Shown one piece after another: positions 29,890 through 38,718 of a stretch of 59,676 nucleotides of DNA; within the stretch, counting starts at the first letter, position 1; each line of letters begins with the position of its first letter. Made by a program: the position numbers and the translations under genes. The notes under the pieces were generated by a model, which searched no databases, was not told the origin of the DNA, and saw only the letters and a list, made by a program, of their open reading frames with translations. The DNA lies in assembly GCA_026394765.1 (NCBI GenBank), contig JAPKXQ010000082.1, positions 1 to 59,676 on the forward strand. The letters run 5' to 3'. This stretch comes from Methanomicrobiales archaeon (GTDB lineage Archaea; Halobacteriota; Methanomicrobia; Methanomicrobiales; Methanospirillaceae).

Positions 29890-31541
29890 AAATGGTAGAA
29901 CTGCTCCAGGGGTGTTGCTCCCACCAGGGCCCTGATCTCATGGAGCGACGAGAACGGGCGCTTGACTGCTACAATCCCTGAACCACGCTTCCCAATCCCA
30001 GGGACCCAACGGAGTGCACTGATAGGGAGTGTATTGATCTCGATAGGTACAGGGAGTCCTGTCACCGATCTGCTCCCCCATGCTACGACCACGACGTCAG
30101 TGACACTCCCGGGGAAGAGGGAGAGTGGAATGCCTACCAGGAGAGGGTACGAACCCATCTGTCTCCCTAGTGAGAGCTGACCTGCGAGAGAGATCACGAC
30201 ATCAGAGAGGACGGTCCCCTGGGGAGCGACCTTTTGGATCATGGGGTGATCGATCTGCGCTCTTACAAACTCCTTGAAGCGTCGGAACCTCGCGTCGTGT
30301 AACCCGAGGGTATTATCATCAAATGCTGGGGTGTCTGGAAAAGGCATCAGCTGGCGGATATTGATCCGCCGAACAAGGAGGCCGGAATCGAGGATGTCCT
30401 TCAAGAAGGCTTCGTTGCGGTCATAGGTCAGGGCTGTCTCCCCAGACAGTCCACAGACAAAATTGAGGCCCGGGAGGATCTCAGGGAGGCCCCCATGCCG
30501 TACCGCACCAACCTCGTTGATCACCATAATGGCGCTCCTCACCTGATCGGGAGATGCCTTGAGGTTGTTGGCCGCGACCACCTCAGGGTCTGCGGTCTCC
30601 ATACCAAGGGCAGCAACGTCACCGGCGGTGTGGTGGGAAATGATGGCGCAAAGGGCTTCACGACTCTCTTCCGGGTGCCGGGCGATTGTCCCGGGATTGA
30701 CGTTGTCGATATGGAGTGTCGCCAGCGAGGGGGCGGCCTCCCGGACCCCTGCAAAAAGGTCCCAGATCGTATCCGGTCTCGGAACGGGATATTCACCCCC
30801 CGCAGTCCCGTAAACCAGCAGGTCGGGCTGCATCCCGAGCCTGAAGTGGCGGGCTCCATGCGCGGACAGGGCTGCCACCTCTGATGTGATTGCAGCAATA
30901 GTCCGGTACCTGGGCGACCCATGACGCGGCTCGGTACAGAATGAACAGCCACCTGATATCGACCTGGGACATCCCCTCCCGGTCTCTACCTCGCAGACCA
31001 CAAAGGGAAAGTTGGGGTGGCGGGTGACAACTCCGCTCCCAATTACAACCCAGCGGTCGGTGTCGCGGTAGGAAGCTAGGACTGGGGGGTCGCCTGGGGC
31101 GAGAAGTCCGTCCAGGAAGGCGTTGAGGGCTTCAGCAGGAGGCCCGGGGAGGAGGGCATCGTATCCCGATATTGCCCGTGAGACTGCTGCAGTTCCTCCC
31201 CCGGGAGAGTACCCCATCCCAATCGGACCTCCGACCAGCTTCACCGGGCCATGGACCGCGCCCCCCACCTGCTGGACCTCGGTGAGAGATGCAGGAGTCC
31301 CGCCGAGGTACTTCCCTGGAACCGTAACCCCGGCGATCATGACAAAGAGGGAGGCATCATGGAAAGTGCCGATAAGGAGAGGTCTCTTTCTCACCTGGTC
31401 GATAGTGTGGTAGTCGGGTACGTATCCACGCTCGGACAGGACACCTGCGATGGCCCGAATGTAGGGTGAGATATACGGGGGGACCCCAAGGCACGTCGGC
31501 TCATCGACGTAACCGTCAAGGATGACTGCGCTTAGGGCCAT
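29886..31541 (-). CDS. Radical SAM protein with a C-terminal helix-hairpin-helix motif (COG1031-type, uncharacterised)
   Basis: 551 aa. ILDGYVDEPTCLGVPPYISPY N-terminus, cluster motif GCPRSISGGCSFC (C191-x7-C199-x2-C202), and a C-terminal VPGIGKRG...HhH-like motif. There is a 26-nt overlap with the upstream mptE. Confidence 0.7.
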   Translation of the reverse strand: MALSAVILDGYVDEPTCLGVPPYISPYIRAIAGVLSERGYVPDYHTIDQVRKRPLLIGTFHDASLFVMIAGVTVPGKYLGGTPASLTEVQQVGGAVHGPVKLVGGPIGMGYSPGGGTAAVSRAISGYDALLPGPPAEALNAFLDGLLAPGDPPVLASYRDTDRWVVIGSGVVTRHPNFPFVVCEVETGRGCPRSISGGCSFCTEPRHGSPRYRTIAAITSEVAALSAHGARHFRLGMQPDLLVYGTAGGEYPVPRPDTIWDLFAGVREAAPSLATLHIDNVNPGTIARHPEESREALCAIISHHTAGDVAALGMETADPEVVAANNLKASPDQVRSAIMVINEVGAVRHGGLPEILPGLNFVCGLSGETALTYDRNEAFLKDILDSGLLVRRINIRQLMPFPDTPAFDDNTLGLHDARFRRFKEFVRAQIDHPMIQKVAPQGTVLSDVVISLAGQLSLGRQMGSYPLLVGIPLSLFPGSVTDVVVVAWGSRSVTGLPVPIEINTLPISALRWVPGIGKRGSGIVAVKRPFSSLHEIRALVGATPLEQFYHF

Positions 31542-32151
31542 GTCCGGTCAGGGAGAGGAGCCACCCTGCCCACATCAGCTTGCCATGCTTTACAGGGTCG
31601 ACATCAGGGTCATCCAGGTCAAAGCCCACGAGTCTGATCGACCTTGCTGATAGGGAATCGGCAGCGAAGATCGCGCGGTCGCCATCTGTGAACCCCCCAA
31701 AGTTGTGGACATGCGGGAGAGGTGACGCCTGCGTTGTGGCTACGAATGGTCCTAAAAATTTCGGGAGCCAGTATCTGATGAGGGGGATATTGTCCCCATG
31801 CGCGTGGACGACCATAATTGTCCCCCCCTCATTCATCATCAGAAAGCGGTCTGTAGCCCCGTCCAGGTCGGTGAAGACCACGGCAGGGCGGACGCCGTGG
31901 TGATCGAGGACATCAGCAGCACCATCGGCGGCAAGAACGATCCCCCGGACAGTGTCGAGGTCGCGCGTGAGGGTGGGTGCGTTCCCGCAGACCGTGACCT
32001 CCTGCCCCTGAAGAGTCTGTATGAGGAGTGAGAGGTCGTCGCGCACTGCGAGCGCGGCAATAACTCTCGCTGCCTCTTCGTCCATCTCTCTATCAAAGCC
32101 AAAATATGCAAGGATCTCCAGGTAATGGGGCTCCCACTCTTCAAATCTCAT
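31516..32151 (-). CDS. mptE: 6-hydroxymethyl-7,8-dihydropterin diphosphokinase MptE (DUF115)
   Basis: MRFEEWEPHYLEILAYFGFDREMDEEAARV...VCGNAPTL...AADGA...TDLDG...HAHGDN, the MptE/MJ1634-like pattern. The ATG at 32151 is preferred over the ORF opening at 32178. Confidence 0.7.
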   Translation of the reverse strand: MRFEEWEPHYLEILAYFGFDREMDEEAARVIAALAVRDDLSLLIQTLQGQEVTVCGNAPTLTRDLDTVRGIVLAADGAADVLDHHGVRPAVVFTDLDGATDRFLMMNEGGTIMVVHAHGDNIPLIRYWLPKFLGPFVATTQASPLPHVHNFGGFTDGDRAIFAADSLSARSIRLVGFDLDDPDVDPVKHGKLMWAGWLLSLTGHGPKRSHP

Positions 32152-33607
32152 CCTTTCCACCCTCTTCAAGCCCAACAATCGTGGAGAACCGACTTATTAT
32201 GGGCCCGATGACGAGGTCGAGGAGGTCTTCCTTCTCAGCGACACAGGAGAAGATCGCAAGCGGTATGGCTGCGGCGGCCATGTTGGGGTGACCACCCGCG
32301 TCACCGATCTCACCATATGCTTCGGAGAGAACGTTGCCGATATGGAGCCGTACATCGCGGTTTCGAACCGACATGATGATGGTATCATCACTGATGCCAT
32401 AGACTAGGGCAGTGTTCACACCCTCCAGAGAGATGAGAAGGTCTGCAGCCTGGGGGAGTGCATCGCGATTCCGGACGTACCCCACATTTGAGAAGAGATA
32501 GCCGCTCCTGATCTTCCTGTTCCTGATAGCCAGTCCCAGGACGTCGAGGGTCTCCATAGAGAGGGAGGGCGAGGTTATCTTCTCTGTGAGGTCCGGGTCA
32601 GTGAGGGGGAGGAGGAACGAGGCATTTGCGAGGTCCTGGGGGGTTACGTTGCGGCGGAACTCCCGGGTGTCTGACCTTATCCCATAAAGGAGCGCGGTTG
32701 CGACATCGCGGCCGATAGGGATGTCAAGTTCCTTCAGGTACTGGGTGAGGATGCTGGCCGTCGCCCCAACGCCTGACCTGATATCCGTAAATCCCGCAGT
32801 CTGCCCTGCATGGGTCGTTTCGCCATGATGGTCGATGATGATACTCACACGATCAGTGGAGCGCAGAGGGTTATTCACTCCCGGGGCAGGGCTGTCTACC
32901 AGGGCGAGGTAGTTACACCCGGCGAGTGCCTGCGGGGTGATTCGGTCCATCCTTATGTCGAGGAGGTTGACAAGGGTGCGGTTCTCCTGGTGACCGATGA
33001 CGCCGTCATAGAGGATCTTTGTCGAGAGCCGCTTCCCGTTCGCTTCATGGGTTATGGCCGCCAGGGCGAGAGCACTCGCGATAGCGTCCGGGTCAGGGTT
33101 GTTGTGGGTGACGATCCCAAGACATCCATCCCAACTGGAGAGCAGGGTAAAAAGCCGGCGCGCGATCCGGTTTGCATGGATAGCTGCCATCTGTGTGACC
33201 GCGGCCTTGGCATAGACCAGGGGTGGGGAGAGGATGAGGTCTGCCCCTTCGCGGTCTGCCTCATCCCCGGCTATCGGGTCTTCAGCTCTGACCGCGACCT
33301 CAGGCCGTGGTTTGCGCGAGAGGATCGTCTTTAAGGCAGATACATTGACCATGTTGTCCTGGGTGAGGATGAATGCGATGGCAAATGGAGGTATCCCTTC
33401 AAGGAACCCGGGATGGGTGATGTCTCGGACAAATGCCTCGACATGCTGATCGCGCAGCTCCCTGACGCGGTCTTCACTGTTGTCGATGATGATAACACCG
33501 CCCGGATCGTGTGCAATCTCCCTAAGAAGATGAGAACCGTACCTCCCACACCCGAGGATGGCGTACTTGACCGTCCCTGGTGTCACCTCGCCCTCAGGCG
33601 TGCTCAT
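32141..33607 (-). CDS. TrkA-N (Rossmann) domain fused to a DHH/DHHA1 phosphoesterase
   Basis: KYAILGCGRYGSHLLREI (GxGxxG), then HNNPDPDAIASALAL, IIDHHGE and GDAGGHPNMAAA (DHH and DHHA1 motifs). 488 aa. Confidence 0.8.
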   Translation of the reverse strand: MSTPEGEVTPGTVKYAILGCGRYGSHLLREIAHDPGGVIIIDNSEDRVRELRDQHVEAFVRDITHPGFLEGIPPFAIAFILTQDNMVNVSALKTILSRKPRPEVAVRAEDPIAGDEADREGADLILSPPLVYAKAAVTQMAAIHANRIARRLFTLLSSWDGCLGIVTHNNPDPDAIASALALAAITHEANGKRLSTKILYDGVIGHQENRTLVNLLDIRMDRITPQALAGCNYLALVDSPAPGVNNPLRSTDRVSIIIDHHGETTHAGQTAGFTDIRSGVGATASILTQYLKELDIPIGRDVATALLYGIRSDTREFRRNVTPQDLANASFLLPLTDPDLTEKITSPSLSMETLDVLGLAIRNRKIRSGYLFSNVGYVRNRDALPQAADLLISLEGVNTALVYGISDDTIIMSVRNRDVRLHIGNVLSEAYGEIGDAGGHPNMAAAAIPLAIFSCVAEKEDLLDLVIGPIISRFSTIVGLEEGGKDEI

Positions 33608-33681
33608 AGACTATCTGGTGACATTCAGCGGAATTTATAGGTGCAGGGTTCCTATCCTGGTAGAGGGGGCGGGTAGAAAGG

Positions 33682-33689
33682 TTTATTTC
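33682..33689 (+). promoter_or_regulatory. Candidate TATA box for tRNA-Lys
   Basis: TTTATTTC preceded by purine-rich AGAAAG, about 35 nt upstream of the mature tRNA 5' end. Confidence 0.3.
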
Positions 33690-33720
33690 TCTCGATATGT
33701 CAAGAGATATGGATATTTCA

Positions 33721-33794
33721 GGGCTTGTAGCTTAGTTCGGTAGAGCGACGGACTCTTAATCCGTAGGTCAAGGGTTCAAATCCCTTCAGGCCCG
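33721..33794 (+). tRNA. tRNA-Lys (anticodon CUU)
   Basis: GGGCTTG TAGCTTAGTTCGGTAGAGCG ACGGA-CTCTTAA-TCCGT AGGTC AAGGGTTCAAATCCCTT CAGGCCC G. It has a 7-bp acceptor stem (one G-U pair), an anticodon loop with CTT, and a canonical T-arm. Confidence 0.9.
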
Positions 33795-33937
33795 CTGCAT
33801 ATAAGAACAACGGTTTTTCCCATTCATCTGAAAGGCACTCTTCTTCGAGGTTTATTGCTGCACGATACAGTTCAAGTTTCTGTCCATCCCTACAATGGTG
33901 CAGGAATCTAATGATAAAAAAGGCGTTTGGAGGGTGA

Positions 33938-34303
33938 TCAGCGTGGGGTCGGAGCAGAGCAGGAGAGGGTATACTCGCCTGATCCCCATATATCCCGCAC
34001 TTCGATCTGTAATTTCCGTCCTTTATAAGCATAGATCCTGAGTCGTTCTTTTGTAGTCTTGCCCTGGGCAGAGTACCACTTTTTGGTCCAGGTATCATAG
34101 ATGAAGAGGTTGAAGTCCCCATAGGACGGCCCATAGAGGTTGAATGTGTACCATCCGGATGCAGGAGGAATGTATTTCCAGACATCGATCTGACCGATGC
34201 TCAAGTCTCCTCGCACAACCCAGGCGCTTGCGACCTGGGCTGACGCGAGAAGGAGGATTACACAGAGGAGGACCCGGAGGCAGAGAGAAGTGGTTTTTTT
34301 CAT
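33938..34303 (-). CDS. Small secreted protein with a PPC (pre-peptidase C-terminal)-like beta domain
   Basis: The ATG at 34303 gives MKKTTSLCLRVLLCVILLLASAQVASA (signal peptide). It is followed by ...GWYTFNLYGPSYGDFNLFIYD...GEYTLSC, which resembles PPC domains. The longer ORF reaching 34507 would overlap the ABC ATPase gene. Confidence 0.5.
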   Translation of the reverse strand: MKKTTSLCLRVLLCVILLLASAQVASAWVVRGDLSIGQIDVWKYIPPASGWYTFNLYGPSYGDFNLFIYDTWTKKWYSAQGKTTKERLRIYAYKGRKLQIEVRDIWGSGEYTLSCSAPTPR

Positions 34304-34421
34304 CGCAGTGTCACACCTTTCCGTTTTAAGGCATGAGATTCTTGCACTGTCATCTGAAGAACCTTTCGAGATTCGTGTCTGGAAGAGTAAAATAAGGAGA
34401 GTTGAAATTACAAATAGTTTA

Positions 34422-35330
34422 TTAAGTTGGAGTGCCCTGCTCCTCGATCTGTACAAGCATCTCTTCAAGACTGGGATAATGGGAGGTGATGCGTGCCACC
34501 TCACCACCTGCTGATGAGACTGATTCTGTCACCCGGTTGAGTGTAGAGATATCCTTTGCATCAACTACGTACCCACCATCATCCAGGACTGCATCGCCGA
34601 TCACATCAGGCCCTGTGCCAGTAGGTAAGGAGAAATGGACAGAGTAGCGGACTGAGCCGAACTGCTCCCTCAACTCTGGCATTGTCCCCTCCGCTATCAC
34701 CCGTCCTCTCCGAAGGATCATCACCCGGGAGCAGAGTGCCTCGACCTGGTAGAGGTTATGGGCACTCATAACCACAGTCTTGCCATTATCTTTCAGGCGA
34801 CGGAGAAATTCCATTATGTAGCGCGAGGTCATCGGGTCTAGCCCAGATGTCGCTTCATCATAGACAAGGATCCCGGGGTCATGGATGAGAGAGCGTGCAA
34901 GGGCGACTTTTCGTTTCATTCCTTTCGAGAACTCACCCAGCCGTTTTGTCCCGGGGTCGAGTGCGAGATCTCCCATGAGCTGGACTGATCGCTCCCTGAC
35001 GGTCTTTCTGTCGATCCCATAGCACTCACCAAAGAATGCGAGGTAGTCCCATACCGTCATCGTCTCATAAAGGCGGGACTCCTCAGGAAGGTATCCAAGG
35101 ACCCCTTTCACGGCTCCGGCATCGGTGGTGACATCGATCCCGTTTACGCGGACCGTCCCGCTGGTAGGCGTGATAAGACCGCATATGCACTTGAGGAGCG
35201 TCGTCTTTCCTGCTCCATTATGTCCTATGATCCCGTAGATCCCACCCGGAGGATATGAGAAGCTCAGGCTGTCGATAGCGGGCACCCCACGATAGGACTT
35301 GGTGAGTGAGACGGCCTCGATCAGGGGCAA
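34422..35330 (-). CDS. ABC transporter ATP-binding protein (ABC-2 / NatA-like subfamily)
   Basis: Walker A GHNGAGKTT, signature FSKGMKRKVALA, Walker B ILVYDEATSGLD, and H-loop SAHN. The proposed TTG start at 35330 (MPLIEAVSLTKSY) has GGAG 4 nt upstream. The only ATG (35561) would add about 77 non-homologous residues overlapping the divergent gene. Confidence 0.85.
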   Translation of the reverse strand: MPLIEAVSLTKSYRGVPAIDSLSFSYPPGGIYGIIGHNGAGKTTLLKCICGLITPTSGTVRVNGIDVTTDAGAVKGVLGYLPEESRLYETMTVWDYLAFFGECYGIDRKTVRERSVQLMGDLALDPGTKRLGEFSKGMKRKVALARSLIHDPGILVYDEATSGLDPMTSRYIMEFLRRLKDNGKTVVMSAHNLYQVEALCSRVMILRRGRVIAEGTMPELREQFGSVRYSVHFSLPTGTGPDVIGDAVLDDGGYVVDAKDISTLNRVTESVSSAGGEVARITSHYPSLEEMLVQIEEQGTPT

Positions 35331-35411
35331 AACTCCGTGCTTCGAAACCTCTACCTGCAGGGTATTATACCTGCTGCACGTACCAAATTCAAAGATTTGG
35401 GGCTCTGGTTC

Positions 35412-37220
35412 ATGGGATGCGCACGCGATCTCCTCCTCATCGCGCGCTGGGAGGTAAAGAGGGCTGCAGGGACGATGACCAGAGACATCCTCCCCCTCGC
35501 AGTCGTCCTTTTCATCCTCCTTGTTCTGGTGACGGGGTTCTCTGCAACGAGGGGGATCCACCTCCAGGACGGGATGTACCGGGCAGGTATCGACGACCCG
35601 GCCCTCATGGCGGTCATTGGTAGCGACAGCCGTTTCGTGGTCGATCTGTCAGACCCAGCCTACCTGACTACGCACATGGTTGATTATGACCTCGTCATCA
35701 TCGCCGGAAGGGCAACAGGGACCAGAACTGACCGGAGCCGGGCCGCACTCCTCACCTTAAAGCGGGACTATGACAGGTACAGCAACCTCTTCTATGCACG
35801 CCAGCAGGACCTTTTTGCAGCCTATCCCCTCTGGGTCGACCTCCAGGAGGTAAAGAGCGAGCTCTCGTTCCTCGCGACCCAGCAGGGTGAGCGGGCAGCC
35901 TCCCTGACGCCCTCTGATGAGCCCCCGGTCCCAGAGGTCGCAGTAGAGATCCTCCCTGATCCCCCCTCGGCAATCGGGATATCAGAAGAGTCCCTGCGTG
36001 AGGGCTTGACTGAAGCTGCAGGGCAGGACTCCCAGATTGCACGCTATACCGATGTCATCGGCCCCGGCTCGTCGCTCGGCACGTTCCGGACCCCGTCTCA
36101 GCTCTCCCCACCCCTTCCCTTTGATTCCATAGTCCTGATATTCGTCTTCATCTTCCCCCTCTACTTCACCTCCCAGTTTTACATGATGAGCATCATGCAC
36201 GAGCGTATCGGGAGGCAGGGTGAACCGCTCCTGACCACCCCCATCTCTCCATCGGCAATTGTCCTTGGAAAGGCGCTCCCATACCTGGTGGGGATGATAG
36301 CGATATCAGCCGGCATCGCGGCCTGGATCCAGACTCCGCCGATAGTCCTCCTCCCCCTCATCCCGGTAATCCTCTTTTTTTTAGGAAATGCCCTCCTGAT
36401 CGGGATGGTCGCAAGGAGCTTCAAGGAACTCTCCTTCCTCTCCATCTTCTTCTCAACGATCGCCACTTCATACCTCTTCTTTCCCTCTGTCTTTGCCAAT
36501 GTCCATGTAGTCTCCCTGGTCTCGCCCCTCACCCTGATTGTGCTCACACTCCAGGGGACCCCATTCACGCCCTCTGAGTACCTCTTCTCAACATCGCTCT
36601 TCTTCCTGACCAGCCTGGTCCTCTTCTACACAGGGGTGAAGAATTACCATGAAGAGCGCCTCTTCTCACAAGTCCGCCTCATCCCCAAGATTCGGGAGGT
36701 GGTCTCTGGAATTATCCCGTTGGCCCACCCCTATGCAGCTCTCTTCCTTATCGCAGCACTCACCATCCCCTTTGTCTTCATGGTCCAGCTGATGCTCCTC
36801 GTGGTCCTCTTCAACCTCCCTATGCCGCTCTCTCTCCTCCTCCTCCTTATTGCTGGCGCACTGGTGGAGGAAGTGGCAAAGTCTATAGGAATAGTCACCC
36901 TGATCTCCGAGTCAAGGGAAAAGCTCCCATGGCGAAGCGTGGTATTCGGTGCAGGTGCGACCGCTGTCGGGTTCCTCCTTGGCGAGAAGCTCCTCCTCTT
37001 TGCAACCCTCTCCCAGATCAGCGAGTCGATCTTTGGGTCCGTCCTGTTCCTCTCGCTTGGAGCGCTCTGGCCCCCCCTCATCCTCCATTTCGTCTGTGTC
37101 CTGGTGGTTGCTGCGGTAGTCCGGGCAAAGGGCATCTCCTGGTATGTCCCGGGGATCATCCTCGCGACCGCAGTACACTGCCTCTATAACCTCACCTTCG
37201 TGCTGGGGTGGCTCAAATGA
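35412..37220 (+). CDS. ABC-2-type permease fused to a C-terminal PrsW-like intramembrane metalloprotease domain
   Basis: N-terminus LLIARWEVKRAAG, then TM1, a large extracytoplasmic loop and multiple TM segments (ABC-2 permease pattern). The last ~164 aa (from about nt 36726) carry LVEEVAKS (EExxK), GAGATAVGFLLGEK, LILHF and AVHCLYN (HxxxN), the PrsW/CPBP-superfamily motifs. Confidence 0.65.
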   Translation: MGCARDLLLIARWEVKRAAGTMTRDILPLAVVLFILLVLVTGFSATRGIHLQDGMYRAGIDDPALMAVIGSDSRFVVDLSDPAYLTTHMVDYDLVIIAGRATGTRTDRSRAALLTLKRDYDRYSNLFYARQQDLFAAYPLWVDLQEVKSELSFLATQQGERAASLTPSDEPPVPEVAVEILPDPPSAIGISEESLREGLTEAAGQDSQIARYTDVIGPGSSLGTFRTPSQLSPPLPFDSIVLIFVFIFPLYFTSQFYMMSIMHERIGRQGEPLLTTPISPSAIVLGKALPYLVGMIAISAGIAAWIQTPPIVLLPLIPVILFFLGNALLIGMVARSFKELSFLSIFFSTIATSYLFFPSVFANVHVVSLVSPLTLIVLTLQGTPFTPSEYLFSTSLFFLTSLVLFYTGVKNYHEERLFSQVRLIPKIREVVSGIIPLAHPYAALFLIAALTIPFVFMVQLMLLVVLFNLPMPLSLLLLLIAGALVEEVAKSIGIVTLISESREKLPWRSVVFGAGATAVGFLLGEKLLLFATLSQISESIFGSVLFLSLGALWPPLILHFVCVLVVAAVVRAKGISWYVPGIILATAVHCLYNLTFVLGWLK

Positions 37221-38296
37221 AAGGTTCGAATATCAAAACGATAGCAAAAAAAGACCTCGCCAGCCTTGCATCAGAGCGAACGATCGTCCTTGCAATTGCC
37301 CTTCAGCTCTTTGTAGCCATCTTCTCCTCATTTCTTATGGTCGGCCTCACCTCCATCTATGACCCCTCTTCTCTCTCCCATATAGGGGGGGTGCAGTATC
37401 CGGTCGCGTATTGTGGAAATGATAGTCCACTCCGCACATACCTCAACGAGAGCACTGATTTTCACCTTTACCAGATGGACCTCTCTACCGCAGTTGCTGC
37501 ACTAAAAGAGCGCAAGCTCTCAGCGGTCATATTCGTATCAGAGACGCTCCCAAACGATAAAGACCCGGTGAAAGTCACCCTTTACACCATTAAAAACGAC
37601 ATCCAGGCCTCAATTGTCCAGGTGAAGTTAAAGGACATCCTGATCTCCTATGAGACAGATCTCCGCAGGGTCCGTGCATCCCGCCTGGATCAGACGCCAG
37701 TCCCCCTCACGATGCCACATACCAGGTCAGGGAGTACGTTCTATGAGTTCCTCTATGGCCTCCTCATTCCTCTTCTGGTGTTCATGCCAGCCATTGTCTC
37801 TGCGGCACTGGTGATCGACTTCATCACTGAGGAGTACCAGCAGGGGACCCTAGAAGTCCTCCTCACAACACCAGTCTCCAGGGCCGAGGTCGTGTGGGGA
37901 AAGGTCCTCGCATGCACCGTGCTGGTCCCGGTGCAGGCCGGGGCCTGGCTCCTCCTCCTGATGGTGAACCGGATTCCAATCCTCAACGCGCCTTTGATAC
38001 TCATTCATGCAACTGCGTATGCCCTTGTGCTCATTCTTATCGCTGCCTTCTGCGCGCTTCACTACCGTGAGCGTACAGCCGCCCAGTTCATTTACTCAAC
38101 CGCCATCGTAGTCCTTCTGCTATTCTCACTTGCGTTTCCAGAAAATCCATTAAACGCCCTTGTCAGGCTCGCGACCGGGTCTGCAGGCCCGGGACAATGG
38201 GTCCTCCTCGGCCTTTCCCTCGCATGTATCGCACTCATGAGCACTGTGCTCACGTGGTACGCAGAATTGGCGGTTGGAGAGGCAGGAGGGAGGTGA
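37208..38296 (+). CDS. ABC-2-type transporter permease
   Basis: NIKTIAKKDLASLASERTIVLAI..., TM1, an extracytoplasmic loop of about 150 aa, and 5 further TM segments. There is a 13-nt overlap with the upstream permease-PrsW gene. Confidence 0.75.
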   Translation: MAQMKGSNIKTIAKKDLASLASERTIVLAIALQLFVAIFSSFLMVGLTSIYDPSSLSHIGGVQYPVAYCGNDSPLRTYLNESTDFHLYQMDLSTAVAALKERKLSAVIFVSETLPNDKDPVKVTLYTIKNDIQASIVQVKLKDILISYETDLRRVRASRLDQTPVPLTMPHTRSGSTFYEFLYGLLIPLLVFMPAIVSAALVIDFITEEYQQGTLEVLLTTPVSRAEVVWGKVLACTVLVPVQAGAWLLLLMVNRIPILNAPLILIHATAYALVLILIAAFCALHYRERTAAQFIYSTAIVVLLLFSLAFPENPLNALVRLATGSAGPGQWVLLGLSLACIALMSTVLTWYAELAVGEAGGR

Positions 38297-38718
38297 CATT
38301 CAGCCCAAAAGAGAAGAGCATGATGCGATATGCATGGATCGTAATCGGTTCCATTTCCTGAAAGATGAGTGCCCGGACGTATTCTCCGCCTTTAATGGAA
38401 CGCATTGACATTGAGTGCGTGGTATGAAAGCCCTGATCCCCGGACCCGCCAGCTGGTTAATATCGCGATTCAGACCGCAACCGCGAAACCCCAGTGGCGT
38501 GTTCTTCAATGCCGCGCTGGCCGCGCACCAAAGGTGCTACACAGGGGGGAAAGTGATTGGGGGCAGTATTTCCAGAACCCTCCATCTCTTTGAGATTTCA
38601 ACCGTGCCTGAATGTCTCCCTGCGGCGATAAAAGGAATTGAAGAGGAAACGCAGTGGACCGCACTGACTGGGGAGATGAGAGACCAGGGTAGTTGAACCC
38701 TGGGGCTGCCGTCACTCA

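Noticed and set aside
33718-34185. 155-aa minus-strand ORF
   Set aside because: It overlaps tRNA-Lys and the better-supported signal-peptide protein frame, and its composition is not protein-like.
35331-35561. N-terminal extension of about 77 aa on the ABC ATPase ORF
   Set aside because: The conserved ABC N-terminus (IEAVSLTKSY) begins right after a TTG with an upstream GGAG. The extension is charged, low-complexity and antisense to the divergent permease gene.
38297-38718. RNase P RNA, SRP RNA or a C/D-box sRNA in the 420-bp gap
   Set aside because: The partial look-alikes (GGAGAATACGTCCGGGC versus CR-I, GGGTCCGGGG versus the SRP helix 8 loop, ATGATGC...CTGA) have the wrong position or spacing, and the other universal motifs are missing. 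The region is kept only as an unidentified candidate.
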